The notes under the pieces: generated by a model
Told to the model about the DNA's origin: nothing
Database searches by the model: none
What the model saw: only the letters and a program-made list of their open reading frames with translations
Sequence record: PV660454
DNA: 52,979 nt
Direction: 5' to 3' (one strand)
DNA from: Escherichia phage LF82-11
Program-made: the position numbers and the translations under genes
In this document: in pieces, positions 27,625 to 36,917 of the stretch
How the letters are laid out: each line of letters opens with the position of its first letter
Numbering within the stretch: position 1 is the first letter of the stretch

Positions 27625-29694
27625 ATGAAAATCAAGAGCATCAAGAAGCAGATTGAGGAGTTAGGCGAGGATAAGATCGCAGAGCTTCAAAAGAAATTCA
27701 CTTTTGGTGACATTGTTCCTTATGCGTATCAGTGCGTCATGTACGACGAGATCGCAAAGCGCATTTCCGCATACAAACACCCATTCTTTGTTAAGGCTTC
27801 CGTGTCGGCTGGCAAAACAGTTGGGTTTGCCATGGTGGCGGCGCGGTGCAGGGAAATGACTAGCGCAAAGTTTCCAAAGGGTTTATCAATGGCAATCCTC
27901 GCTCGCCAGGGTGAGATCGTATCTCAGGATAGCCAGGAGCTAACAAACTTCGGCGTGCCGAATAGCGTTTACTGCGCCGGGCTTGGTACTAAATCTGCAT
28001 ACTTCCCGATCGTCGTTGGCTCTGAGGGTTCAGTTGCAAACGGGCTTTTCAAGGCTCTCGGAGACTTCGCGCCAATGGTTGTCGGCATCGACGAATGTCA
28101 CCAGGTGGATTGGGAAGACCTTGCAGACTCGATCGAGAAGAACGAAAGCTATGAGGAAATGAGCAGACCAAAGGATGAGGCTTACATGATCAATGGCGAA
28201 GTAGTCGATCGCGGGTTGAAGATATCAAGCCTCATGGAAACCCTGGGAACAGTTGCACCAGGTGCCGGGCGCTCTCAGTACACGATAATCATTCGTGAGT
28301 TGCAGCGTCGATGCCTGGAAGTTCACGGAAAGGAACTACGCATATTCGGCATGACTGGTTCAGAGTTTCGCGGCACAACTCCGATCCTTGTTGAGAATAT
28401 GAAACTCAAAGGCTTCTGGCGCGAGCAGGTAACGAACATTGATACGAACTACCTCATTGAGTTTGGCTCGGTTGTTCCAACCGTCTTCGGCTCAACTGGC
28501 GGGTTAGGCTACGATCTGGAAGAGTTCAAAGCGTCAAGCGAAGATGGAACAAAAGACTTTGACGCGAAAGTAATGAAGAAGATGGAGGAGAAGATCCACA
28601 AGGATGCTTCCATGACGGCAAGAATTATGGCGGCGGTTGTGGAGGAAGCGAAGAAGCGAAACGGCGTTCTAATTACTTGCTCAGGGCAACGACACTGTAA
28701 AGAGGCGGCTAGTTACCTGCCTGAAGGCTCAACGTATGCGATCATTACTGAGAAGACCGGAACGAAACAGCGCCAGCAAATCCTTGATGATGCAAACCAG
28801 GGAAAGATAAAGTACATCTTCCAGGTTGTGGCATTGACGACTGGCGTTAACGTGCCGTTTTGGGATTTCTCCGTGATACTCCGTAAGATTGGCTCTCTCA
28901 CATTGCTGATACAGTTGCTTGGGCGCGGAATGCGACTTTTAAAGGCGTGGCAAATCGCAATGGGGATGGTGAAGACAGATCACCTTGTTTGGGATTTTGC
29001 CGGAACTATGGACGAATTAGGCCAACTTTACTTTGACCCGATTCTTGAGGAAGCTCAGTATCAACGCCGTTTCGACTCGAAGAAGGAGCCTAAAAAATGC
29101 CCTATTTGCGGTCATGAAAACAGTTTCTTTGCTCGTCGCTGTATCAGTCGGGATTTGAACGGAAACAGATGTGAGTATTTCTGGAAGTCGAGAACGTGCG
29201 AGGATCAGGTTGACGATCGAACCGGGAAAGTTATTGTGAAGGGTTGCGGTGTTCAAAATGATGTTGTAGCTCGAATCTGTAGGGGTTGTGATGCTAGCCT
29301 AACAGATCCCAACGCCAACTTAACCGGGAAGGCGTACACAAAAAACGACTGGTGCCAGGTTCTCAGCTTTGAGGTTGGGCTTACCAAAAACCAGACCGGG
29401 ATCATTTATAAATATCGCTTGCGTGATATGCTCGGAGAGGAGTTTAACGCATACGAGAAGTTTTTCCCTGAGTCTCAGGCTCAGGTATGCCACACGATAT
29501 GGAAAACAAAAGGCGTGCTTCCACACGTTCACGATTCGAAAGTGGCAAAGCTTATGGCAGCATACAGGAGCGCGCGCCTGATCTTACAAAACGCGCACCA
29601 CATCGCGCACCCGGTACGGGTTACGCATCGCAAAAACGCAAAGGGCGAAGATATCATTTCGCGCAAGGACTTCGGTCTTAATGAGGGCTTATGA
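27625..29694 (+). CDS. SF2 DNA helicase (DEAH-like) with C-terminal zinc-ribbon region
   Basis: Walker A SAGKT, motif II DECH, C-terminal Cys clusters. Confidence 0.7.
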   Translation: MKIKSIKKQIEELGEDKIAELQKKFTFGDIVPYAYQCVMYDEIAKRISAYKHPFFVKASVSAGKTVGFAMVAARCREMTSAKFPKGLSMAILARQGEIVSQDSQELTNFGVPNSVYCAGLGTKSAYFPIVVGSEGSVANGLFKALGDFAPMVVGIDECHQVDWEDLADSIEKNESYEEMSRPKDEAYMINGEVVDRGLKISSLMETLGTVAPGAGRSQYTIIIRELQRRCLEVHGKELRIFGMTGSEFRGTTPILVENMKLKGFWREQVTNIDTNYLIEFGSVVPTVFGSTGGLGYDLEEFKASSEDGTKDFDAKVMKKMEEKIHKDASMTARIMAAVVEEAKKRNGVLITCSGQRHCKEAASYLPEGSTYAIITEKTGTKQRQQILDDANQGKIKYIFQVVALTTGVNVPFWDFSVILRKIGSLTLLIQLLGRGMRLLKAWQIAMGMVKTDHLVWDFAGTMDELGQLYFDPILEEAQYQRRFDSKKEPKKCPICGHENSFFARRCISRDLNGNRCEYFWKSRTCEDQVDDRTGKVIVKGCGVQNDVVARICRGCDASLTDPNANLTGKAYTKNDWCQVLSFEVGLTKNQTGIIYKYRLRDMLGEEFNAYEKFFPESQAQVCHTIWKTKGVLPHVHDSKVAKLMAAYRSARLILQNAHHIAHPVRVTHRKNAKGEDIISRKDFGLNEGL

Positions 29695-30110
29695 TTACTG
29701 ACAAGGGCGATTATCTTGAATATTACACCCCTGATAAGGGGTGTACCCTGAAGGAAGAGACTCACCAGGTTAACGGCGTTTCGTGGCTAAAGTACCACTA
29801 CCCAAACCTGATGTTTTGGCACACGGTCAACGAGGGGCAGAAGCACATAAACACAGCCCTAAAAGATGAGCAAGCCGGGCTTAAGAAAGGTGTCAGCGAC
29901 TTCGTATTTCTGATTGGTCATTTCGATCGGAAATATTGCTTTGGGGCTATTGAGCTGAAGCGCACCAACAAGAGCGGAAAGTACAAGGCATCACCAGTCA
30001 GTAAGGAGCAGAAAGCTTTCCTTCTCGGTGTGCGTGAACGTGGGGGGTTCGCGGCTGTGGCTTACGGATTCGAGGAGTTGAAGAAAGCCGTTGAGGACAT
30101 GATGAAATAG
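29691..30110 (+). CDS. VRR-NUC family nuclease
   Basis: 139 aa with D...ELK PD-(D/E)xK core; ATGA-coupled to helicase. Confidence 0.55.
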   Translation: MITDKGDYLEYYTPDKGCTLKEETHQVNGVSWLKYHYPNLMFWHTVNEGQKHINTALKDEQAGLKKGVSDFVFLIGHFDRKYCFGAIELKRTNKSGKYKASPVSKEQKAFLLGVRERGGFAAVAYGFEELKKAVEDMMK

Positions 30111-30150
30111 CACTATTTGCTAAACCTGTGCCGGAACAATCCGGCATAAT
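30108..30150 (+). promoter_or_regulatory. box-promoter module
   Basis: TAGCACTATTTGCTA, 22 bp with TGCCGG/CCGGCA hairpin, CATAAT. Confidence 0.5.
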
Positions 30151-30180
30151 GCAACTACACAAACAAACAGGAATGAGATC

Positions 30181-30894
30181 ATGATTGACGAGAACGATAA
30201 AGACACAATGACGTTTGAAGAAATGGAGCACGGCTTGTATTCAACTCGCGCACTGGTTGCCGGGTGCCACTACCAGCCAGTGAAGCCGGAAACGTACTAT
30301 CGCGTTTCAGGGCATCGTTACGTTGGCAGCAAAACGCCTGACGTTGTGCGTGACTTGTGGGCAACCGATCGCGAATTGATTTCGTGGATGGAAGAGCGTT
30401 ACGGAAAGTATGATATCGACGCAGCGGCAAGCGCGAATAATGCCGTGTGCGAAAAGTTCTACGACGAGCAACGTAACTGCCTGAAAATCTGGTGGGGAAA
30501 GAATAAGCACATCTGGCTTAACCCTCCGTACTCACATCCTGATCCATTCGTGAAGAAGGCCATTGAGCAGATGGAGCATGACAACCAGATTGATATGCTT
30601 CTTCCTGGCGACAACTCAACGGCATGGTTTGCAGAGGCGCGCAAAAACGCTGCTGAGATCATCTGGATTGAGGCTGAGATCACAGAGATTGACCAGCAGG
30701 AATATTGCCGAACCGGGCGACTCGCTTTTATTTCCGGCCTAACCGGAAAGCCAGTTGACGGCAACAACAAAGGGAGTGTGATTTTCATCATGCGCAAACT
30801 GAAAGAGGGTGAGACGCAACAAACACACTATGTGAGCGTTTCTGAGATCTGCCCAGGCGTAAGCCGCAAGAAACCACGTAAACGGAGCGTTTAA
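30181..30894 (+). CDS. dam: DNA N6-adenine methyltransferase (phage Dam family)
   Basis: 237 aa with NPPY motif (LNPPYS), as in T1-type Dam. Confidence 0.7.
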   Translation: MIDENDKDTMTFEEMEHGLYSTRALVAGCHYQPVKPETYYRVSGHRYVGSKTPDVVRDLWATDRELISWMEERYGKYDIDAAASANNAVCEKFYDEQRNCLKIWWGKNKHIWLNPPYSHPDPFVKKAIEQMEHDNQIDMLLPGDNSTAWFAEARKNAAEIIWIEAEITEIDQQEYCRTGRLAFISGLTGKPVDGNNKGSVIFIMRKLKEGETQQTHYVSVSEICPGVSRKKPRKRSV

Positions 30895-30896
30895 AA

Positions 30897-31109
30897 ATGG
30901 CTACTGCATTCGGACTGTATAAGGCAAAAGTTATTCGCGCTCTGATGGCGGCTGGATTCAAGCACAACGCGGAGGAATTCGCTGATTGCCTTGATATGAG
31001 CTTTGACGAGATCAAGCATCTTCACCACACGCAATGGGGAGAATCAATCAAGCGCGATCTCGAAGAGTACCGGAAAGAGAATCCGCACGAATTCGCAACA
31101 CAGCACTAA
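30897..31109 (+). CDS. hypothetical protein
   Basis: 70 aa, starts 3 nt after dam stop. Confidence 0.3.
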   Translation: MATAFGLYKAKVIRALMAAGFKHNAEEFADCLDMSFDEIKHLHHTQWGESIKRDLEEYRKENPHEFATQH

Positions 31110-31143
31110 TTGCTAAACGTACCCGGCGAAAGTCGGGTATTAT
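31101..31143 (+). promoter_or_regulatory. box-promoter module
   Basis: cAGCACTAATTGCTA, 22 bp hairpin, TATTAT. Confidence 0.5.
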
Positions 31144-31171
31144 TATTTTACACCAACAAGAGGAATCACCC

Positions 31172-31420
31172 ATGAAAACCAAACTCACCATCAAAGACAC
31201 CATGAGCACTTACAACTTTACTGAGTCTCGCGGTAAAGTGCTGATGCCTCACATGCTGAAGCTTGCACAGCAGACCGCGCGCGAGTCCATTGAGCTTGGA
31301 TCTGATGGCGGCCTTCATGAGGTGATTTCAGTTGTATACCTCCGCGCAGCGTATGGTCACTTGGAGGTTTCCACCCTTGAGCAAATGGCGGAGGCGTTCG
31401 ATCTGTATGGTAATAGTTGA
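31172..31420 (+). CDS. hypothetical protein
   Basis: 82 aa; RBS AGAGGAA; start moved to ATG 31172. Confidence 0.3.
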   Translation: MKTKLTIKDTMSTYNFTESRGKVLMPHMLKLAQQTARESIELGSDGGLHEVISVVYLRAAYGHLEVSTLEQMAEAFDLYGNS

Positions 31421-31640
31421 AGAGGGTAAACGCGCCGTTTGGGAGCACTGCAAAGAGGCTGGCATTGACGGCGACATAGCGCTAATCGCAAAGTATTTCG
31501 ATATCAAGGATATTTGCCTGATCTACAATGGCAAAATGACCTACATCGAAGATAGGCCGCGAAAGATGGTTAGGATCGCGGTAGCCACCAAGCCGGATAA
31601 AGACGTAGCGGCGTACATCAAGGAAACAAAGAAAAAATGA
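31407..31640 (+). CDS. hypothetical protein
   Basis: 77 aa overlapping upstream gene end; start uncertain. Confidence 0.25.
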   Translation: MVIVEEGKRAVWEHCKEAGIDGDIALIAKYFDIKDICLIYNGKMTYIEDRPRKMVRIAVATKPDKDVAAYIKETKKK

Positions 31641-31894
31641 ACCTCCCGCACCTGGATTTCAACCCGCATGATTACGATGAATACTCAGGGCAGGTAACAG
31701 ACGGCGATTACCGAATGATTCCGTTCGCTGACTGGTTGCCTCCTGACTTTGAAGACGTTCTATGCAGTCGAGGCGGCGCGTTCAAACTGATGTACTTTAG
31801 CCCGGCTACTGGTATGATGGTTCCCAGCGAAACAGAATGCGCAAGCGAAGCGCTTGAACCTTCACAGCTCACTATATGGTTGAAAAAGATTTGA
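31637..31894 (+). CDS. hypothetical acidic protein
   Basis: 85 aa, ATGA-coupled. Confidence 0.3.
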   Translation: MNLPHLDFNPHDYDEYSGQVTDGDYRMIPFADWLPPDFEDVLCSRGGAFKLMYFSPATGMMVPSETECASEALEPSQLTIWLKKI

Positions 31895-31977
31895 TGCGCT
31901 GTTTAATTCCTGTATTATTACCGCCGATTATCGGTTTTATTATTATCTATCAACTAATTATGAGTTAAGGATTTGTT

Positions 31978-33114
31978 ATGTCACTGAAGAAAATCACCGA
32001 CGAGCAGTTAAACGCCGAGCGAGAGTCGGGTAAAACTTACCGCCAGATCGCGGAAGAGTACGGAATGAACATACGCACCGTCGAGGCTCGCGGCGCACGC
32101 CTGGCTAAGAAAGGTTTCGGTCACGGTAACGGCGATGCATCGCGATTTGTTCCAGAAGGCTTCATGGTTAAGGGCACATCAACCATGCACCGCGCGAACG
32201 GAGAGGTTATCGTTAGCTGGACGAAAACCAATCAGGATCATGAGAAGTTAGCCGCCATGCTTGAGCACGCGATCGAGGCGTTTTGCGTTGAGCTTCCACG
32301 CGCAGCCGCTACACCTTCCAACGTTGGTGAGGTGATGGAGAACCAGCTCGCGCTTTATCCTGTATTCGATCTGCATATCGGTGCAATGGCTCATAAGCAT
32401 GAGTGCGGCGAGAACTACTCAACCGATATTGCCGAGAAGGTTTTGGGCGATTTCTTCAAGTACGCTGTGAACGTTGCGCCGAAGGCGAAGAAGGCGGTTG
32501 TGCTGGTTGGCGGTGACTACCTCCACTCTGACGGCCTGGACGCTGTAACACCCGCAAGCGGTCACGTTCTGGATCAGGACTCACGTTACGCTAAGCTGGT
32601 TCACGTTGCCATTCGCTCACTCCGTCGCGGCGTTGCGCTTCTGCTTGATAAGCATGAAGAGATTGAGATCCAGATTATCGAAGGCAACCACGATCAGGCG
32701 GGTATGATTTGGCTACGCGCTGCAATGGCGGCATACTTCGAAGATGAGCCGCGCGTCACGGTTGACACATCGCCTATGATCCTTCACCGTACCAAGTGGG
32801 GCAAAACGCTGTTAGGCTACACTCACGGTCACACGATGAAGAAAGCAGAAACCCGCCTCCAGGCGCTGGCTACTGACTTCCGTTCTGAGTTCGGCACGAG
32901 TGAATTCGTTTATACTCACTCAGGGCATTGGCATCACCAGACGCTTACAGAGCACACCTTAGGCATTGACGAGGTTCACGGTCAGTTAGGTGCCAAAGAT
33001 GCGTATGCGGCTCGCGGTGGATGGCGCTCATATCGCCAGGCGGCGGTAATTGTCTATGATAAAGAATTTGGCGAGGTAGGCCGATTCGTTTATCGTCCTC
33101 AGATGAGCAAATAG
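31978..33114 (+). CDS. calcineurin-like metallophosphoesterase with N-terminal HTH
   Basis: DLHIG, GGDYLHSDG and GNHD motifs; N-terminal GKTYRQIAEEYGMNIRTVEARGARL HTH-like segment. Confidence 0.55.
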   Translation: MSLKKITDEQLNAERESGKTYRQIAEEYGMNIRTVEARGARLAKKGFGHGNGDASRFVPEGFMVKGTSTMHRANGEVIVSWTKTNQDHEKLAAMLEHAIEAFCVELPRAAATPSNVGEVMENQLALYPVFDLHIGAMAHKHECGENYSTDIAEKVLGDFFKYAVNVAPKAKKAVVLVGGDYLHSDGLDAVTPASGHVLDQDSRYAKLVHVAIRSLRRGVALLLDKHEEIEIQIIEGNHDQAGMIWLRAAMAAYFEDEPRVTVDTSPMILHRTKWGKTLLGYTHGHTMKKAETRLQALATDFRSEFGTSEFVYTHSGHWHHQTLTEHTLGIDEVHGQLGAKDAYAARGGWRSYRQAAVIVYDKEFGEVGRFVYRPQMSK

Positions 33115-33154
33115 CACTTTTTGTTAAAAGCCGATCGCGTTGGTCGGCTATACT
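33112..33154 (+). promoter_or_regulatory. box-promoter module
   Basis: TAGCACTTTTTGTTA, 22 bp with GCCGA/TCGGC hairpin, TATACT. Confidence 0.5.
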
Positions 33155-33183
33155 CATTTCATCAACTCAGAGGAGTAACGGAA

Positions 33184-33288
33184 ATGAAATCTATCTTAAT
33201 CAACGTGGTCTGTTTTGCATTGGGCGCTGGCGTAGTTGCTTCCAGCCTTTGGGTTATCAATCTCGCTTCAGTATTCAAGGGCTTCTAA
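33184..33288 (+). CDS. small hydrophobic membrane peptide
   Basis: 34 aa, GAGGAG RBS, one predicted TM helix; not in ORF track (<60 aa). Confidence 0.3.
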   Translation: MKSILINVVCFALGAGVVASSLWVINLASVFKGF

Positions 33289-33462
33289 ATGAAAGTTAAA
33301 TGTATTCGCAATGACTCTAAATCGCTCCCGTTCCATGTGAACCAGTTTTACTCTATCGGGTTCGATCACGGCGGCGGGAACTTCGAAATTTATGACGGTT
33401 GCGGCTCCTGTATTATTGCCCCGCTAAATGGGCATTATCTGGAATTCGTTATCGTCAAATAA
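33289..33462 (+). CDS. small protein of the MKxKC paralogue family
   Basis: 57 aa starting MKVKCI; not in ORF track. Confidence 0.35.
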   Translation: MKVKCIRNDSKSLPFHVNQFYSIGFDHGGGNFEIYDGCGSCIIAPLNGHYLEFVIVK

Positions 33463-33488
33463 AGCAACACATTCATCACCTTACCTAT

Positions 33489-33516
33489 CGGGAGCCTTTT
33501 ACGGCTCCCTTTTTTG
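33489..33516 (+). terminator. rho-independent terminator
   Basis: GGGAGCC-ttttac-GGCTCCC then T6. Confidence 0.5.
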
Positions 33517-33594
33517 CTTCTTTTTTATTCCGAGCCGGGTTACAATCCTTTTACTAACTAAATATTGACATTCAAAGAGTTTAAGGATCTGATC

Positions 33595-33813
33595 ATGAGG
33601 GAAGTAATCAATGCAGTAACCAGCGCCACAGGCGGCGCGTCACTAACCGGAGCGGCTACAGGTCAGTTAGTTATTGCTGGCGCAACGTTCGTGCTATTCG
33701 TTGGCTTCGGTGTTTGGGGTGCTTACTGGAAATACCAGGACAGCAAAGCAATTCGTGAAGCCCTCAAATCCGGCAATCTGGAAGAGGCGATCAAACTAAA
33801 CGGGAAAAAGTAA
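33595..33813 (+). CDS. holin (single-TM, pinholin-like)
   Basis: 72 aa, one TM helix, immediately upstream of SAR endolysin; ATG 33595 with AAGGA RBS (track start is TTG). Confidence 0.5.
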   Translation: MREVINAVTSATGGASLTGAATGQLVIAGATFVLFVGFGVWGAYWKYQDSKAIREALKSGNLEEAIKLNGKK

Positions 33814-33814
33814 C

Positions 33815-34300
33815 ATGAAGAGATTAGTAGCCGGGGCTGCATTCGGTGCAGCTCTCGCCTTAACGCCTCCCCTGGTGGAGCAGGTTGAAGGCATTCATTA
33901 CGATCCATACAAAGACATTGCCGGGATCTGGACGGTGTGCGCTGGCATTACCGGGAGCGATGTAGTGCTAGGGAAGCGATATACTCAGCGCGAGTGCGAT
34001 GCGTTGCTTTTCAAGCATATCGAGATCGCAAGGAAGGAAGTTGACAAGCGCGTAAACTATCCGATCCCGGACACGATGCGCGCAGCAATGTACAGCTTCA
34101 CGTTTAACGCTGGCACTGGCGCTTTTCGTGGCTCTACAATGCTGAAGCTTATCAATCAGGGCAAGTTGCCTGAGGCATGTAATCAGCTTTGGAGCTGGAC
34201 TTACTACACCAACCCGAAGACCGGGAAAAAAGAGAAGTCGAAGGGGTTGAAGAACCGCCGCGCCTTTGAATACAACTACTGCATGAAGGAATTAAAATGA
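33815..34300 (+). CDS. SAR endolysin (lysozyme, T4/P1 Lyz-like)
   Basis: N-terminal Gly/Ala-rich weakly hydrophobic SAR-like segment followed by E...D...T catalytic-triad spacing. Confidence 0.65.
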   Translation: MKRLVAGAAFGAALALTPPLVEQVEGIHYDPYKDIAGIWTVCAGITGSDVVLGKRYTQRECDALLFKHIEIARKEVDKRVNYPIPDTMRAAMYSFTFNAGTGAFRGSTMLKLINQGKLPEACNQLWSWTYYTNPKTGKKEKSKGLKNRRAFEYNYCMKELK

Positions 34301-34728
34301 AACGCGTAAGCAACTCAATGCTGATCTTCGTAACCATCCTCGTGTTCGTTGCAGTGACTTCGCTATCTGGTTGCTCAACGGCTGGCGCTCTGACTGGTTT
34401 GATCGGCAGCAAGCCGGAAATCTCAGCACAGGCCGGAGCGGAAAACACGAAACAGACGGTTGGCCTAAACAACAAAGTGGATCAGTCAAGCGAGGTGGAA
34501 ACCACGATTCGTGATTCAAAGGTTGGAAAGGTTGACAGCTCTAACGGAAAGAAGACCAGCGCATCAAGCATCACGGCTGAAACCATCAAGGCCGACAAGA
34601 TCGAGATTCGCAATAGTGATGGAGAGGCGTTTGGTATTGCGGCTGGTTTCTTCGTCGCTGGTCTGATTGCAGGTTCAAGCGCCGTTGCATACTTAGCAAC
34701 GAGACGCAGAAACAACAAAGGAGCCTAA
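34297..34728 (+). CDS. unimolecular spanin (T1 gp11-like)
   Basis: N-terminal lipoprotein signal with lipobox LSGC plus C-terminal TM helix. Confidence 0.6.
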   Translation: MKRVSNSMLIFVTILVFVAVTSLSGCSTAGALTGLIGSKPEISAQAGAENTKQTVGLNNKVDQSSEVETTIRDSKVGKVDSSNGKKTSASSITAETIKADKIEIRNSDGEAFGIAAGFFVAGLIAGSSAVAYLATRRRNNKGA

Positions 34729-34743
34729 CGGCTCCTTTTTTAT
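34718..34743 (+). terminator. rho-independent terminator after lysis cassette
   Basis: AAGGAGCC-taac-GGCTCCTT then T6. Confidence 0.5.
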
Positions 34744-34934
34744 TTGTAACGCTTTGCCAGTATCAGAAGTTCACCAGCATCATTGCACAACGTGTGCTCA
34801 TCCTTCTTCCCGGCTCGCATCGAACTATTCAGCAGTGACAGCAGGGCGTAATTTAACTCGTCCTCCGTCACCCCTTGAGAGGCGCAAGCCTCAATAATCG
34901 CGTTGATTAGGTTTTGAGCAACCAAAAAGTTCAT
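34740..34934 (-). CDS. hypothetical protein (overlaps upstream gene)
   Basis: track ORF starts at TTG 34952; first ATG at 34934; may instead be part of a shifted gene. Confidence 0.2.
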   Translation of the reverse strand: MNFLVAQNLINAIIEACASQGVTEDELNYALLSLLNSSMRAGKKDEHTLCNDAGELLILAKRYK

Positions 34935-35253
34935 CGTCGCTGAGCTTGTCAATATTCATCATCTCCCATGTGTAACGATCCTCTTCACCGCCGTAACAGT
35001 TGAAATCAAATTCAAAGGGGCGCTTCTGCGCCCCCTTGCTCCAGTACCAGAGGTTTACGCCGTCAAGGTAGCCCAACCCCATCATCCTTGCAACAAACTC
35101 CTTAGAAGCGCTTGAGGCGAAGTAACGAGGGGTTACGTTAGCGGCCTTTGCAAGCCGCTCGCACTCGTGATGCTTGAAAATGAATTGCGCCAAGTGTTGG
35201 CGGTTGAATTTCGTGTAACTCTCACAGAACTTATACAGATCCAGAAGGAACAT
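34891..35253 (-). CDS. hypothetical protein
   Basis: 120 aa, starts 3 nt after upstream gene stop. Confidence 0.3.
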   Translation of the reverse strand: MFLLDLYKFCESYTKFNRQHLAQFIFKHHECERLAKAANVTPRYFASSASKEFVARMMGLGYLDGVNLWYWSKGAQKRPFEFDFNCYGGEEDRYTWEMMNIDKLSDDELFGCSKPNQRDY

Positions 35254-35255
35254 GA

Positions 35256-36842
35256 TTACCCCAGCAAGCGTGGATTAACGTAAATCTTATCACCGATCAG
35301 GCAAGTGTAATTCTTCTCGTCAAGCATCGGCAGCAAGTGATCTTTGATTCGTGTCATTGTTCCGGCCTGGCCTTCGAATGGTCGAACCTTGCGCGCGGCC
35401 TCGTAAAGCGCCCGAAGACCAACAACGCCCTTCCCCTGCTTTCCGCTCTTGATCAGCAAGTCAATAAGCTTGTTCATTTCTGCTGAATCGCCAGCGTGCC
35501 CGGCAGACGACGCGGAAGAAAGATAGGTCTTGCTCAGCTCGTTAAACATGATCACGGCCTCCTGCATTGTGTCAAGCTCAATCTCTCGACTCTTCGGCGC
35601 ATTGCTTCCGTTTGGTGAGAACCAGTTACGGATCACATGCAGAACCGACGCGATACGAATCGCCTGTTTATCGAACTTGCCCAGCGCACCGCGTAACATG
35701 GTGTGCGAGTATTTCCCGCCGTCTGCCAAGTGTGGCTCCATCGCCTGGCGTGCGTTGTTAAGGTACTTCATCGCGCTCTTGCTCACCGTGAGCTTAACGT
35801 CAACCTCACTCATGATGGCGTGTATCAGCTTGAAGTAATCAGCTTTCAGGCCGCCGTCAATAGGCTCGTAAGTTGACTCGCCATTGTCATTCACGAAAAC
35901 ACGCTCACCAAGGAATGACTTCTCACGAACCAGCAAGAAACGCTCAGAAACACCGATACCGCGCGCACCTGCATTCATGATCGCGTTGATTGTCTCGTCC
36001 TGCGCGATAACCGAAATACAACCCATAGCCACGAATGACATGTTGTTATCAGCGTTCGCACGAGCGATAGACACGTTCCCTGCATCCCATGCTTTCAGCA
36101 CAAGCTCGCTGTTTGTCTTCTTCGAACCGTCACCATACGTCATGCCCAACAGGCTGTTAACGGATGTCGCTTCGTCCGAGATCACAGCGAAGTTGCCTTG
36201 ACGGTTGTTAATGCGTGCCAAGCCTTCAGGCGTGGTATCTGAAACAGGGAAAACGATATCGCAAAGGCGCTCAAGCTTCTCTTCAAGATCCTCTTTCTCC
36301 TCAAACAGCGAGGCCATTTCAGATGGCGCTTTCTCCTGTTTCATTTCCTTCGCCAGCGCAGACAGTTTGGCGAGAATCTTTTTACGCTCACGCTTACGAG
36401 CCTCGTTGAGTCGCTCAGTCTCCGCGATCATTGGCGCGATGGATAGCGAGTTGATTGCGGATTTCCCCGTTGATGGTGGCTGACTGGTTACAACGTAGAG
36501 CGCAGTTGGTTGTTGCGTTCCGTGATAGTCAACCGTGAACCTACCCAGCATGGCGGCAGACACGCAACCTACAAAGTGCATATAGGCTGAAGACTCAGGG
36601 AATTGAACCGATCTCGCGGCGTTGCGTGAGAGCTTGCCGACCACATCACTATCGTTGCCCAGGGAAATAACAGGATATTTATCATTACCTGAATCAATCT
36701 CTACCGGAGCCTTCCAGAAGGATTGGGATTGACGATATCCATTCGCATTTATGGCAACGCGGAGCGGCGGCAACCCTTCGGCCTTTGCAACCTCGATCAC
36801 TTGTTCCGGCGAAAGTTTATCATCATTGAAAATATCGAACAT
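35256..36842 (-). CDS. P-loop NTPase, putative replication ATPase/helicase
   Basis: Walker A-like PPSTGKS and Walker B-like FAVISDE; RBS AAGGAG. Confidence 0.45.
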   Translation of the reverse strand: MFDIFNDDKLSPEQVIEVAKAEGLPPLRVAINANGYRQSQSFWKAPVEIDSGNDKYPVISLGNDSDVVGKLSRNAARSVQFPESSAYMHFVGCVSAAMLGRFTVDYHGTQQPTALYVVTSQPPSTGKSAINSLSIAPMIAETERLNEARKRERKKILAKLSALAKEMKQEKAPSEMASLFEEKEDLEEKLERLCDIVFPVSDTTPEGLARINNRQGNFAVISDEATSVNSLLGMTYGDGSKKTNSELVLKAWDAGNVSIARANADNNMSFVAMGCISVIAQDETINAIMNAGARGIGVSERFLLVREKSFLGERVFVNDNGESTYEPIDGGLKADYFKLIHAIMSEVDVKLTVSKSAMKYLNNARQAMEPHLADGGKYSHTMLRGALGKFDKQAIRIASVLHVIRNWFSPNGSNAPKSREIELDTMQEAVIMFNELSKTYLSSASSAGHAGDSAEMNKLIDLLIKSGKQGKGVVGLRALYEAARKVRPFEGQAGTMTRIKDHLLPMLDEKNYTCLIGDKIYVNPRLLG

Positions 36843-36870
36843 GTTAAAAACTCCTTGTTTGGTTGCTCAA

Positions 36871-36913
36871 TGATAGAGCAACCAATGATAGTGCGTTTTG
36901 GCAAAAAGTGCTA
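36871..36913 (-). promoter_or_regulatory. box-promoter module (minus)
   Basis: box read on minus strand, hairpin, TATCAT-like -10 at about 23 bp. Confidence 0.4.
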
Positions 36914-36917
36914 TTGG

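Noticed and set aside
33565-33594. TTG start for the holin (track ORF 33565..33813) and TTGACA at 33565 as a -35 element
   Set aside because: The downstream ATG at 33595 has a well-spaced AAGGA RBS while the TTG has none; no plausible -10 follows the TTGACA at 17 bp.
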